64,000 nucleotides of DNA from Acidobacteriota bacterium (lineage in GTDB: Bacteria; Acidobacteriota; CAIWXX01): the NCBI GenBank assembly GCA_040755995.1, contig JBFMAF010000032.1, forward strand, positions 161,306 to 225,305, written 5' to 3'. The number at the start of each line of letters is the position of its first letter. The stretch's first letter is position 1. The notes beneath the pieces were generated by a model, which was not told the DNA's origin, did not search any database, and saw only the letters and a program-made list of their open reading frames with translations. Shown here in pieces: positions 1 to 9,901 of the stretch. The position numbers and the translations under genes are program-made.

Positions 1-1204
1 GCGCATATATGCGTCCCACCTTGCGGTCGGGCAGCAGCGAGCCGTCCTCGGCACGCACCTCGATCTCGGCACCGTAGATCGGTGTGCCCACCGAGACGAT
101 TTCTCGCGCGCCCGCGACCGCCTCGCCCGTGGGAGCCAACCGCACGGGGTCAACTGTCACGGATTGGACCCGGCGATCAGCGGGAGCGCACGTGACGGCC
201 AGCGATGCCTCGGCCAGGCCGTAGGCGGGCCTCAATGCGCGCGGATCGAACCCGAATCGGGAGAAGCGGGCTGCGAAACGCCGCAGCCCTTCGATCGAAA
301 CCGGCTCGGCTCCGCAGAGCGCCATTTGCCAGCTGGAAAGGTCTGCGCCGTCGAGGTCCTCGTCTCGCACGCGCTTTGCGCACAGGGCGTAGGCGAAGCT
401 CGGCGCGGGGGAGATCGTTGCTCGATGGCGAGCCACGGCCCGCAGCCACATCACCGGGCGCGCCAGGAAGCACTCGGGTGGTATCAGCACGAGCGGCCCC
501 GGGTAGTACACGGCGCTCAGCAGGCAGCCTATCAGGCCCATGTCATGGTAGAGCGGCAGCCACGAAACGCCAAGCTGAGGGAACTGGCGCTCCGGAGGCA
601 TCAGCGCTTTCAGTGCCGCGCACTGCGCCACGAGGTTAAGGTGAGTCAGCGCGACCGGCCTGGGATCGACCGTCGAGCCCGACGAGAACTGGATGAGTGC
701 CAGCGAACCCGGCTCGACGCGCGCGTCGAACGAATCCGGCGGGCCGGCAGTGATCCCTTCGACAGTCAGGCAGCCGAGATCGGGCCGGGCTCGCTCCACC
801 GCGCGCCCCAGCAGCCGGCGGATCCGCGCATCGGTCAGAATCAGACGCGCGCCGGCGCAGCTCAGCATTCGAGCCGTGGAGACATGGTACTCTGCGAGTC
901 TCCCCAGGCGCACAGGCGGGTAGAGCGGCACAGGGATGGCGCCCGCGAGCAGCACCCCGAAGAACGCATCCACGAATGCGGGCGACGTGGGAAGCACCAG
1001 CGCCACTCGATCTCCAACCAGGACTCCTGCATGGCGAAGTCCACCCGCACAGACGGCTGCACGCTCCAGCACGTCGCTCCACGGCACGAGGATCTCGCGC
1101 TCGTGAAGATCGACAAAGGTGAGCCCGGATCGGGTGCGCGCGGCCGCCGCCAGAGCTTCGTTCACAGTGGCGAACCGGGGCTCGGGGAGCGGCGGGCCCT
1201 TCAT
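1..1204 (-). CDS. Fatty acyl-AMP ligase (FAAL)-like adenylation enzyme, 3' end outside the window
   Basis: Manual minus-strand translation from ATG at 1204 (overlaps ACP stop, ATGA): LIQFSSGSTVDPRPVALTH, SWLPLYHDMGLIG, SPAPSFAYALC, ALCGAEPV. Absent from the ORF track because it runs off the edge. Confidence 0.9.
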   Translation of the reverse strand, partial: MKGPPLPEPRFATVNEALAAAARTRSGLTFVDLHEREILVPWSDVLERAAVCAGGLRHAGVLVGDRVALVLPTSPAFVDAFFGVLLAGAIPVPLYPPVRLGRLAEYHVSTARMLSCAGARLILTDARIRRLLGRAVERARPDLGCLTVEGITAGPPDSFDARVEPGSLALIQFSSGSTVDPRPVALTHLNLVAQCAALKALMPPERQFPQLGVSWLPLYHDMGLIGCLLSAVYYPGPLVLIPPECFLARPVMWLRAVARHRATISPAPSFAYALCAKRVRDEDLDGADLSSWQMALCGAEPVSIEGLRRFAARFSRFGFDPRALRPAYGLAEASLAVTCAPADRRVQSVTVDPVRLAPTGEAVAGAREIVSVGTPIYGAEIEVRAEDGSLLPDRKVGRIYA

Positions 1205-1458
1205 CTCGATGACCTTGACATACAGGACGCGACCATCCGCACGAGATCCCCGACCGTGACCAGGCCCGCCGTCTCTTCGTCCGGCAGTTTCACACGGAAG
1301 CGATCCTCGAGCCCCACCGCCAGCACCAGCGCCCGCACGGAATCGAGATCGAGCGCGCTGACGAGCTCATCGCCCGGCTCGATCGGGCGGGTCACTTCGA
1401 GCTCGCGTGACGCGATCTTGCGTATCTCGCCGAGGATTTCGGTCTCGACGTCAGGCAT
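1201..1458 (-). CDS. Acyl carrier protein
   Basis: MPDVETEILGEIRKI...LDLDSVRALVLAVGLEDRF...; DS phosphopantetheine site; overlaps both neighbouring genes. Confidence 0.9.
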   Translation of the reverse strand: MPDVETEILGEIRKIASRELEVTRPIEPGDELVSALDLDSVRALVLAVGLEDRFRVKLPDEETAGLVTVGDLVRMVASCMSRSSR

Positions 1459-2023
1459 GACGACCTCGCGGCAGGAAGCGCGGGCGTCCGGCAAACGCCT
1501 CCGCGTACACCGGACCCAGCGCACGCTCCTCCGTCCGTATCCTCACGCCCAGCAGGGCCGCATTGCCGGCGGAGAACACGAGAGCAGTGATCCAGGCGCC
1601 GTGGATCACCGGAATGGCGATCATCTCCAGGACAACCGCAAGGTAGTTGGGATGGCGGATGTGGCGATAGGGGCCTCCGGTCACGGGCGCAGCTCCAGGA
1701 AGCACCAGGACGCGGGTGTTCCATCGCCAGCCCAGGACTGATACGGCCCACCAGCGCAGCCCCTGGGCCGCGAGCGCCACGAGCAACGCCGCAATCCCGG
1801 CGACTCCCGGAAAAGGCCGCCGCAGCGCGATGACCTCCGTCGCGCACGCAATGGGGAAGACCACATGGAACAAGGCCATGACCACGTAGTGCCGTCGCCC
1901 CACCTCCACTGCGCCTGCCGCAACGGCGCGACGCGCGTTGCGGCGCGACACTATGAGCTCGACACCACGCTCGCAGTAGAGGAGCCCTAGCAGAACGACG
2001 TACAGAGATACCGATGTCACCAC
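1451..2023 (-). CDS. Isoprenylcysteine carboxyl methyltransferase family protein (SrsB/BpsB-like)
   Basis: Hydrophobic; GPYRHIRHPNY and RIRTEERAL ICMT motifs; directly downstream of a type III PKS. Confidence 0.9.
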   Translation of the reverse strand: MVTSVSLYVVLLGLLYCERGVELIVSRRNARRAVAAGAVEVGRRHYVVMALFHVVFPIACATEVIALRRPFPGVAGIAALLVALAAQGLRWWAVSVLGWRWNTRVLVLPGAAPVTGGPYRHIRHPNYLAVVLEMIAIPVIHGAWITALVFSAGNAALLGVRIRTEERALGPVYAEAFAGRPRFLPRGRHA

Positions 2024-3090
2024 TGCAGGAGTACCAATTCTGAACAGAAACCGGGCCCCATCGCCATGAGCAGGCCGTAGTCTCCAGGCCTCGCCTCACC
2101 CGCATCCAGTAGGTCTCCGAGGACGAACAGGACCGAGGCGGACGAGAGGTTGCCCGTGCCGGCCAGGGATATCCACGAACGATCGAGAGCGCCGGGAGGA
2201 AGCTCCAGCGCCTCCTCGAATGCCTTGAGCACCTTGGGACCGCCGGTGTGAGCGATCCAGTGCCGTATCCGGGATCGATCCAGTCCATGCCTGGACAGGA
2301 ATGCATCGACATCGTTGCGGACGTGTTCGCGCACCACGTCCGGCACCTTCGCCGAGAGCACGACCTTGAATCCGCTTTCGACAATGTCCCAACCCATGAT
2401 CCGCTCTGTGTTCGGATAGAAGGCCGAGCCCGTTGCGACAGTGCGCGGCCCCGATTGCCCTCGATTCCGCGCGCCCGCAATGATCGCTGCCGCGGCACCA
2501 TCGCCGAAAAGGCCCGATGCGATGATGTTGGGAATCGAGAGATCTTCGCGCTGTAGAGTAAGCGAACAGATCTCCACTGAAACCACCGCGGCGACCTGCT
2601 CCGGGTACACGCGCAGCGTGTCGGAGGCTCGGGCCAGCCCGCCTGCGCCCGCGGCGCATCCAAGGCCGAACACCGGTGTCCGCTTCACGTCGGTCCGAAG
2701 CCCAAGTCGGTTGACCAGGTGCGCATCGATGCTCGGAGTGGCGATGCCCGTGGTGGAAACGAAGTAGAGATGGTCCACGTCGTGCGCGCGCAGGCCGGCG
2801 CGGCCCAGTGCATCGCGCAGCGCCTCGGCTCCCAGATCCACTGCGCACCGAGTCCACGCGTCGTTGCGAGCGGAAAAGGAAACCAGTTTCTTGTAGTCGC
2901 CCATCGGGAGCGCCAGATATCGGCCGGATACCTGAACGGCGCGGTGCAGCTCCTCCAGTCGCTCGACGTTGTAGTGCGAGCTCCCCCAGAGCGCGCGGAA
3001 TGCAGCGATGATCGTCTCTTGATCGACATAGTGCGGCGGCAACGCACGCCCTACGGCGCGGATGACTGGGTGCTGGGTTTCTTCAGGCAT
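2017..3090 (-). CDS. Type III polyketide synthase (chalcone synthase-like)
   Basis: Catalytic triad GLGCAAG, HTGG, GNLSS; LFGDGAAA; MGPGF. Start placed at MPEETQHP; the ORF extends to 3159. Confidence 0.93.
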   Translation of the reverse strand: MPEETQHPVIRAVGRALPPHYVDQETIIAAFRALWGSSHYNVERLEELHRAVQVSGRYLALPMGDYKKLVSFSARNDAWTRCAVDLGAEALRDALGRAGLRAHDVDHLYFVSTTGIATPSIDAHLVNRLGLRTDVKRTPVFGLGCAAGAGGLARASDTLRVYPEQVAAVVSVEICSLTLQREDLSIPNIIASGLFGDGAAAAIIAGARNRGQSGPRTVATGSAFYPNTERIMGWDIVESGFKVVLSAKVPDVVREHVRNDVDAFLSRHGLDRSRIRHWIAHTGGPKVLKAFEEALELPPGALDRSWISLAGTGNLSSASVLFVLGDLLDAGEARPGDYGLLMAMGPGFCSELVLLQW

Positions 3091-3384
3091 TGGACCTGCC
3101 CGACGCACGCCGGCAGTGTTGAGGCACCCAGCGTTCGACCGCGTCTCCTGTCTGACCACCCACGAAGGCCCTTGGAACCGACCGGGGTCGTTCCTGCATC
3201 AACGTCAATCAACCTGTCGCCAGTCCGTCCTTCCGCCCCCCAAAATCATAGCAGATCGTGGACAGCCGATCGGGAGCCGGCGTCGTGTGATCCGCTCGTC
3301 GATTGGTCCACTCGCACGAAGCTCTCGCTCCACTGCTCTCAGCGACGCAAGGGAGACCAGGAGCCCGGCCCGCGGTGTTGTCCA

Positions 3385-4923
3385 TCAGACCGCGGCGTGG
3401 GCGGCCTGCTCCGCCGCTTGTCTCTCGCGAAGGTGCTTCGGGACTCGGTCGCGGCGAAACACATCCTCCTCGCTCTCGCGCTGGCGGATGATCTCGGCCC
3501 GAGAGCCAGTCACCAGTATGGTTGCGGGCCGTGGCATCGCGTTGAAGTTGCTCATTGAGACCTCCTGATATGCGCCGGTGTCGAGCATGGCGAGGATGTC
3601 GCCAACCTCCACCTCCGGTATCGGCACCAGGGGGTAAAGCCGGTCGCCGTAGCAGCTCCGTCCGATGATGTCGGCCTTCCTGATCATGGGCGCGTCGACC
3701 TTGTTCGCGAACATGTAGTCGTGCAGGTGATGCTCGTAGCGCCCGCCCGTGAACCAGAACTCGGTGGTGTCCACGATGATGACGTTGTAGCGGATCGGCG
3801 AGGTGATGCGCTTGACGTTGCAGACCGTCGTCAGGTGAATGCCGGTGTTTCCGTGGAGGCCGCGTCCGGGTTCGAGCTGCAACATCACGCCATCGAGCCT
3901 GATCCCGCTGTTCGCAAGCTCCCGGCGCAATGATCGCGTGCAGGCCTCGGCGTAGTCCTCGATAGCCGGCGCGAGCTTGCGATTGGGGTGGGCCACGAGC
4001 ATGTCGACGATCCAGGCCACGACTGCGTAACGCGCGCGCGCCCCGAATGCGCTCAGCATCCTGGACACGCCGTGAAGCGCCGCGTACTGCAGAGGCTCCG
4101 AGTAGTGAGTCGCCTTGTTGAACGGATCGCGCGGAATAGCAAAGCCTCCGCCGATGTCGATCTCGCGCGGCTGATACCCACCCAGCGCCTTTGAGACGCG
4201 CCCGATCGCCTCGGCGTATGCCCGCATCTGCTCCTCCCAGTATCGCGCCGATGCGCTATGCCGCCCGTGGTGCTGGTGGAATCCCACCAATTCCACGCGC
4301 TTCATGCCGAGAATGCGCTGCCCGATCGAGATCGCCAGATCGATTGGCAGGCCGCCTTTATAGGCGAGCGCCGCAAGATCGGTGGGCACCAACCCCTCGG
4401 CCACAAAATCGCTATGGCGGATGAAGCGCGGAAGCGGCGGCTTGAGCCGCAACCGGACTCTGGCCGTCACGCCAAGCTCGCCGGCCGCCTTCTCGATCAC
4501 GTCGACCTCTTCGCTGCTGTCGATAGTGATCCTCGCCCCGGCCTTGATGCTGCGGTAGATATGCGCATCATCCTTCGGGACTCCGTTTACGGAAATGAGC
4601 GTCGGATCGACGCCGGCATCGAGAGCCGCGGTGAGCTCGCCGCTCGAGTACACATCGCAGCCGCAGCCCTCGTTCGCCAGGATATGTTGCACTGCAAGCA
4701 CCCAGTTTGCCTTGGCCGCCGGCAGCACCTTGACCGGGCCGTCGGGCCAGCCGCGCTGGAACGCCTGCTGGAACCGGCGCACATTGCGGCGAATCTGGTC
4801 CTCGGAGAGAACGAAGATCGGCGAGCCGAACTGCCGCACAAGCTCGATCGTGTCGCAGTCCTCGACGAAGAGGCGACCGTCGCGCTTGGAGAGACAGTCA
4901 TCGAGACGTGTCATCGTGACCAT
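3385..4923 (-). CDS. LysA/ornithine decarboxylase family (fold type III PLP) enzyme, divergent
   Basis: FGSPIFV, AAKAN (PLP lysine), IDIGGGF, EPGR, GRSCYGD, DTGAY; AGGAGG RBS upstream of ATG 4923. Confidence 0.85.
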   Translation of the reverse strand: MVTMTRLDDCLSKRDGRLFVEDCDTIELVRQFGSPIFVLSEDQIRRNVRRFQQAFQRGWPDGPVKVLPAAKANWVLAVQHILANEGCGCDVYSSGELTAALDAGVDPTLISVNGVPKDDAHIYRSIKAGARITIDSSEEVDVIEKAAGELGVTARVRLRLKPPLPRFIRHSDFVAEGLVPTDLAALAYKGGLPIDLAISIGQRILGMKRVELVGFHQHHGRHSASARYWEEQMRAYAEAIGRVSKALGGYQPREIDIGGGFAIPRDPFNKATHYSEPLQYAALHGVSRMLSAFGARARYAVVAWIVDMLVAHPNRKLAPAIEDYAEACTRSLRRELANSGIRLDGVMLQLEPGRGLHGNTGIHLTTVCNVKRITSPIRYNVIIVDTTEFWFTGGRYEHHLHDYMFANKVDAPMIRKADIIGRSCYGDRLYPLVPIPEVEVGDILAMLDTGAYQEVSMSNFNAMPRPATILVTGSRAEIIRQRESEEDVFRRDRVPKHLRERQAAEQAAHAAV

Positions 4924-5135
4924 GTATGCCTCCTGGTGAACAAGAGTGAAGGCCCTCGAATCGCCGCAGGTCCCGCGCTTCTCAACGTGATACCGCTCGA
5001 TACTAGGTCCAGCCGCCCTGCGGGTCAAGTGAGACGCGACGATGACCGGGCGAGGGAATAACCGGCGGACCGCTCATCCGTATAATCCTCGTGTGCGCAG
5101 ATTTCGAGTCCGACCCCACACGGAGAAGAACTGAA

Positions 5136-6932
5136 ATGACAACCCCTCTCAGGCACGTCCTCTTAACATCGCTCCTGACAATCATCCTCGCCGGCAAGCC
5201 GGCTTCTACCGACACGGACGCGGCTCCCGACGGCTCCCCGCCTGCGGGCGCCGCCATCGCGCTCGCCCCATGCCAGGCGGCGGGTGTTGAGGGCGAGGTG
5301 AAGTGCGGGACGCTCGAAGTCTACGAGAACCGCGCTGCGAAGTCCGGACGGAAAATCGCCTTGAAGGTCATGGTCCTTCCGGCGACCGGGACCGACAGTG
5401 CACCGGATCCGGTCTTCTTCGTCGTGCCAGGCGGCCCTGGCGGATCGGCCTGCGAGTCTGCGGCCTGGGTGGCGACGGCGTGGGCGGATTTGAGGAAGAG
5501 GCGGGATCTGGTGCTCGTGGATCAGCGAGGTACGGGTGGCTCCCATCCGCTCAACATCGATCTCTTCGGCCCGCCGGAGAACGTCCAGAACTACCTCGGA
5601 GAGTTCATCCCGCATGATGTGGCCTGCAAGGCCCGCGGGACGCTGGCGCAGGAGTCGGACCTGACGCAGTACACCACGCCGATCGCGATGGACGACCTGG
5701 ATGATGTGCGAGCCGCTCTGGGATACGAGCGTATCAACCTGCTCGGGACCTCTTACGGCGGCCGCGCCGTGATGGTCTACATGCGGCAGCATCCCGAGCG
5801 CGTGCGTGCGGCGATCCTCGAGGGTGCCGCGCCGTTGGACGACTTTCTCCCGGCTGGATTCCCATTGTACGCCGAACGGGCCGTGGACGGAGTTTTCTCG
5901 GAATGCGAAAGCGATGCGGGCTGCCACGCAGCGTTCCCGAACCTGCGAGCCGAGTTCGAGCAGGTGTTCGCCAAGCTGGAGAAGGGTCCAGTGCAGACCG
6001 AGATCATTCATCCGAAGACAGGGGAACTGGCGAGAGTCTCACTCAGCCGGAACGTCGCTGCGGAGGCCGTGAGGTATCTGCTGTACTACCCGAACCTCAC
6101 GCGACAGCTGCCCGTCCTGATTCATGAGGCGGCGCAAGGCGACTACTCGCCGCTCGCCGAGTTCGCTCTGTGGTGCAGGATGAACATCGTCGCATCGGGC
6201 AGCATGGGAATGTTTCTCGCCGTGACCTGCGCCGAGGACCTGCCTTGGATCAAGCCGGGCGAAGGAGAGCGGATGGCGCGGGGGACGTTTCTCGGCGACT
6301 ACCGGTTGCAGCAGCAGCGGGCGGCCTGCGACTGCTGGCCGCGCGGATGGCTCCCGCCTCACTACAGCGAGCCGCTGCGATCGGATGCGCCGGTGCTGAT
6401 CATCACCGGCGCCTTGGATCCGGCGACACCTCCGTCGCTCGCGGACGGCTTTGCAAAGTACCTGCCGGGGAGCCTACACGTCGTCGTGCCCCACGGCGGC
6501 CATTCAGCCGACGGCCTCATCAACGCGGATTGCATCAGCAGGCTCGAGACCGCCTTCATCGAACGCGGCACAGCAGTAGGGTTGGATACAACCTGCGTGT
6601 CATCGATCCAGCGGCCCCCATTCGCAGTGAAAGCCCTGGAGACGAAGGTCGTGACGCTGAGCGAGGAAGAGCTCGAGAGGCTCACAGGCGACTATGTCAT
6701 CGAAGGTACGACATTCCCCATGGTAGTCCTGCATGAGGACCGGCGATTGTCGGCGCTGGCGCCGGACGGCCCCATTCTGCTCGTTCCCGTGTCCGAGACG
6801 AAGTTCAAGGCGGTTGGGATTCCGGGGATGTACGCTACTTTCGAGCTGGAAGAAGACATGGTTGCTCGAGTGGTGTTCGAGCGTGGAGGCTCGACGTCCT
6901 TCGTGCTGGTCCCGGCGCTCGCCGAACGCTGA
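5136..6932 (+). CDS. Secreted alpha/beta hydrolase (TAP-like/peptidase S33) with C-terminal beta domain
   Basis: Signal peptide; GGPG, DQRGTG, GTSYGG nucleophile, DPATP, GGH motifs. Confidence 0.88.
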   Translation: MTTPLRHVLLTSLLTIILAGKPASTDTDAAPDGSPPAGAAIALAPCQAAGVEGEVKCGTLEVYENRAAKSGRKIALKVMVLPATGTDSAPDPVFFVVPGGPGGSACESAAWVATAWADLRKRRDLVLVDQRGTGGSHPLNIDLFGPPENVQNYLGEFIPHDVACKARGTLAQESDLTQYTTPIAMDDLDDVRAALGYERINLLGTSYGGRAVMVYMRQHPERVRAAILEGAAPLDDFLPAGFPLYAERAVDGVFSECESDAGCHAAFPNLRAEFEQVFAKLEKGPVQTEIIHPKTGELARVSLSRNVAAEAVRYLLYYPNLTRQLPVLIHEAAQGDYSPLAEFALWCRMNIVASGSMGMFLAVTCAEDLPWIKPGEGERMARGTFLGDYRLQQQRAACDCWPRGWLPPHYSEPLRSDAPVLIITGALDPATPPSLADGFAKYLPGSLHVVVPHGGHSADGLINADCISRLETAFIERGTAVGLDTTCVSSIQRPPFAVKALETKVVTLSEEELERLTGDYVIEGTTFPMVVLHEDRRLSALAPDGPILLVPVSETKFKAVGIPGMYATFELEEDMVARVVFERGGSTSFVLVPALAER

Positions 6933-7007
6933 GCCACCCGCGCCCCGCGCCCAGACGATCTCTCCCTCGCGTGCCTTGACCACGCCTCAGGGCGGCGCGA
7001 GGTCGGG

Positions 7008-7979
7008 CTACAGGATCTTGTCCGCACGCCGGCGCATGTCATCGGTGATTGTCAGACCCTGTTGCTGGCATGCGGCTTGATTGAGGAAGAGCTGGTATCT
7101 CGTGTACGGGCGCAGCGGGAGCTCACTGAGCGGCGTCCCGCGCAGGAGCTGAGCGGCCACGGTCCCGCTCTGATAGCCCCAGTCGTAGTAGTCGAGCCCC
7201 CAGCCCACCGCCGCACCTGACTGCACTATGCCGGCCTCGGAGGCGAACACCGGCAGCTTGAATTCCTCGGCAACCTTGGCGAGCATCGGCATGGAGTTGT
7301 AGAGGGTGTTGTCCGCGGCGGTGATGAAGGCCTGCACATCCTGGCCGGCGAGTGCCCGTGCCGCGTCAGGCACCTCATTCAGCGAAGAGACCGGCATGCG
7401 GCGGAGGTCGATCCCCGCCGCCGCGCAGGCCCTGGCCAACGCTTCCGCGGCCGCCAGCGCGTTGGGTTCCGCAGGGTTCGTCAGCAGACCCAGGCGCTGC
7501 ACGGGCCCGGGCAAGCAGGAGACGATGACGCGCAAGTACTCCGCCATGTCGTTCGGGTTGTAGTAGCCCGTCATGTTCGCCGGCACCACGCGCAAGCCGA
7601 CGTCGCCAGGCGGCGAGACGATAGTAATGACTATGGGCACGGGGTCACCTGCGCCGCTGGTCACGTTCGCCGCCGCGAGCATACAGGGGGTGGTGTTCGT
7701 CGCGATCAGTCGCACGCGGTCCGTGAGAAACCCCTGGACGATTGTGGGCAGCAGAGTCTGGTCCCCCTGCGCGCAGCGATACTCCAGAACGTAATCGCGA
7801 TCCTGATTGAACCCTCCGTCCTGCAACGCCTGGAGGAAGCCGCGCCGCCCCTCGTCGAGCTGCGGGTCCTCCAACAGCTGCATGTACCCGATTCGCGGAA
7901 TCGAGTCGGGGAGCCTGCCGCGGCATGTCAGGCCCAGAGCCATGCCTGTTAGAATTGCCATCAGACGCCATGCAGTCAT
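7008..7979 (-). CDS. ABC transporter substrate-binding protein (ABC_sub_bind family), probable lipoprotein
   Basis: N-terminal hydrophobic stretch plus Cys; AQGD, NPAEPN, DYYDWGYQSG motifs. No permease or ATPase gene adjacent. Confidence 0.8.
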   Translation of the reverse strand: MTAWRLMAILTGMALGLTCRGRLPDSIPRIGYMQLLEDPQLDEGRRGFLQALQDGGFNQDRDYVLEYRCAQGDQTLLPTIVQGFLTDRVRLIATNTTPCMLAAANVTSGAGDPVPIVITIVSPPGDVGLRVVPANMTGYYNPNDMAEYLRVIVSCLPGPVQRLGLLTNPAEPNALAAAEALARACAAAGIDLRRMPVSSLNEVPDAARALAGQDVQAFITAADNTLYNSMPMLAKVAEEFKLPVFASEAGIVQSGAAVGWGLDYYDWGYQSGTVAAQLLRGTPLSELPLRPYTRYQLFLNQAACQQQGLTITDDMRRRADKIL

Positions 7980-8503
7980 CGAATTAACCTCCTGTTGGAA
8001 GCGCGCGGGACGAATCCTGAGAGACGGTAGCACTGGAATCTGGTCAGGTCAATGGACTTTGCGGCAAGGCGGCAAGGCGGCCAGGTGGCGTTGCGATAGT
8101 ATTGGGTGGAACCGGACGGCCGAAGGTCGGTTCCTATGTCTTTACGCCGGAGAGCCACATCTGGTCTGCGTGCTCGAATCCGCATGCGCCGAACTGAGCG
8201 CGCCTCCTCTTGCTGGCCGTTGAGACAGCGGTGACTGAATACGACCCCCCGTCATGGCTCGCGGGCAGTATAGCGAGTACCGCTATCCGCCCGTGGGAAG
8301 ATTGTTCGACGACACTGCCCGATGTCGAGCCGGCTGGGAGCTGCACTACCTCTTGGCTGGCGCCTGTCGCTCGCAGGGCGACCGCCTCCAACAAGCCCGC
8401 CCTGATGCCGCTCGAATCCAGCTGGCAGAAGCTGACCACCTGGAACATGGCTGCGCCAGTCAGGCGTATGAGCCCAGGCCGCGCGCTGCTGCTACCGCTC
8501 GTT

Positions 8504-9802
8504 TCAGTCGCTCTTCTGCGCTCCGACTCTCTGCACCGCGCCGAACAGCTTCAGCGTCTCCTGCCACGGGTAGCGGTTCATGAACATGGTCACCTGCGAG
8601 CTGATCTTGCCCTGTTTGTTCAAGCCCATCACTTCGCGCCAGAGGTTGGCGGGTGAATCGGGATTGAAGTCAACCGTCTCGCTGTAGCGGGCGCTGAGGA
8701 ATCCCTCCAGGTATGCCTTGTTCAGCGGCAGGGTCTTCGGGATCTCCGAGCGGTTGCCCTTGGCGCTTGCGATCGTGAGATCGCCGAACTGGGCGGCGAA
8801 GAGGTTGAGTTTGGAGTTGCTGGCCGGGCTGAATTCGAGGTCGGCCTGCTTGTTGACGAAGAACACGTTGTCGTCGATCCGCAGCCATTCATTCTTGTTG
8901 AATCGCGTGTGGTCGATGGCGGCGAGCACGCTGCCACCGATCAGGTTGTGATGTACGTTGTACTCGCACTTGGTCATGACCCGCACGCCGTAGCCCATGT
9001 CGAGGAAGTCCTTTAGCCGGCTCCAGGTGAACAGGATCGTGTTGTAGCCGATCTCGACGGTGCCACACATGGGCAGCGATCCCGGCCCGCCGGTGGCCGC
9101 GCACGTGCCGAAGATCTCGATTGCAGCCATGCGGTTCGCAACGAAGACGTTGTTCAGCACGCGGAAGGCACCGCTGCGGTGACCGGCCTGGAGCCCGAAG
9201 CTGGCACCGTTGACGAACACGCAGTTCTGGATTGTAACGTCACCTCCTGCGGCGGCACTGGCGATCTGAATGATCGGCTCCTCCACAGTGCTGTTGCCTG
9301 TCGCCGGGCGCTCAGTCGATCTCAGCATGCGGCCGGTGTCCAGTCCGGGGACCATCCCCTCGTTGGCGCTGTAAGCGTTGCGCATACCCATATCGAAGAC
9401 GATGCTCTCGACAAGGGTCCCCTGTACCCCGCGAGTGAATTTCAGAAACGCCTTGCGCGCCTTGCCACCGCTCGCGTTGTCGGGCTGGAACACGGTTGGG
9501 TGAGCGACGATGTCCTGTTTCGCGAAGCCCTCGTCGAAGCTGCCGCGCAGCCGCAACGGCTTGTCGCTTTCCAGACAGCCGATGCCGAACGTCCCGCTGT
9601 ATGTGCCGCTGGCGATCCTGATCTCGTCGCCGGGCGCGGCCATCGCAATCGCCCTGTCGATCTCCTGGACCGGGCTCTGTGGGGAACCTGGATTCTGGTT
9701 GCCGCCCTTGGCCTTGGATACGTGGATCGTGGCGGAGAAAGCGGTCCCCGTCACGCTTGCGAGGGCGACGATCAGCGAAGCATTGAGAATACCTTTCTTC
9801 AT
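8504..9802 (-). CDS. Secreted right-handed beta-helix (DUF1565/pectate-lyase-like) protein
   Basis: Signal peptide; GSPQSPVQEIDRAIAMAAPGDEIRIASGTY N-cap; repeated IxNxVFxxN turns; AGGAGG RBS. Confidence 0.75.
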   Translation of the reverse strand: MKKGILNASLIVALASVTGTAFSATIHVSKAKGGNQNPGSPQSPVQEIDRAIAMAAPGDEIRIASGTYSGTFGIGCLESDKPLRLRGSFDEGFAKQDIVAHPTVFQPDNASGGKARKAFLKFTRGVQGTLVESIVFDMGMRNAYSANEGMVPGLDTGRMLRSTERPATGNSTVEEPIIQIASAAAGGDVTIQNCVFVNGASFGLQAGHRSGAFRVLNNVFVANRMAAIEIFGTCAATGGPGSLPMCGTVEIGYNTILFTWSRLKDFLDMGYGVRVMTKCEYNVHHNLIGGSVLAAIDHTRFNKNEWLRIDDNVFFVNKQADLEFSPASNSKLNLFAAQFGDLTIASAKGNRSEIPKTLPLNKAYLEGFLSARYSETVDFNPDSPANLWREVMGLNKQGKISSQVTMFMNRYPWQETLKLFGAVQRVGAQKSD

Positions 9803-9901
9803 TGCGGCCCCTCCTGTTCTAGTGTCTACAGATGATTGTCATCCACGTCCGTTCCCTTGTCATTCCTCTGACCGGGTCGGACAGAAATCCCACTTGCATG
9901 C

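Noticed and set aside
164..1741. 525-aa plus-strand ORF
   Set aside because: Antisense shadow of the FAAL, ACP and ICMT genes; Arg/Ala-rich with no motifs, typical of high-GC DNA.
8134..8448. 104-aa minus-strand ORF between the binding-protein and beta-helix genes
   Set aside because: No recognisable motif or RBS; it may be a gene remnant but cannot be supported.
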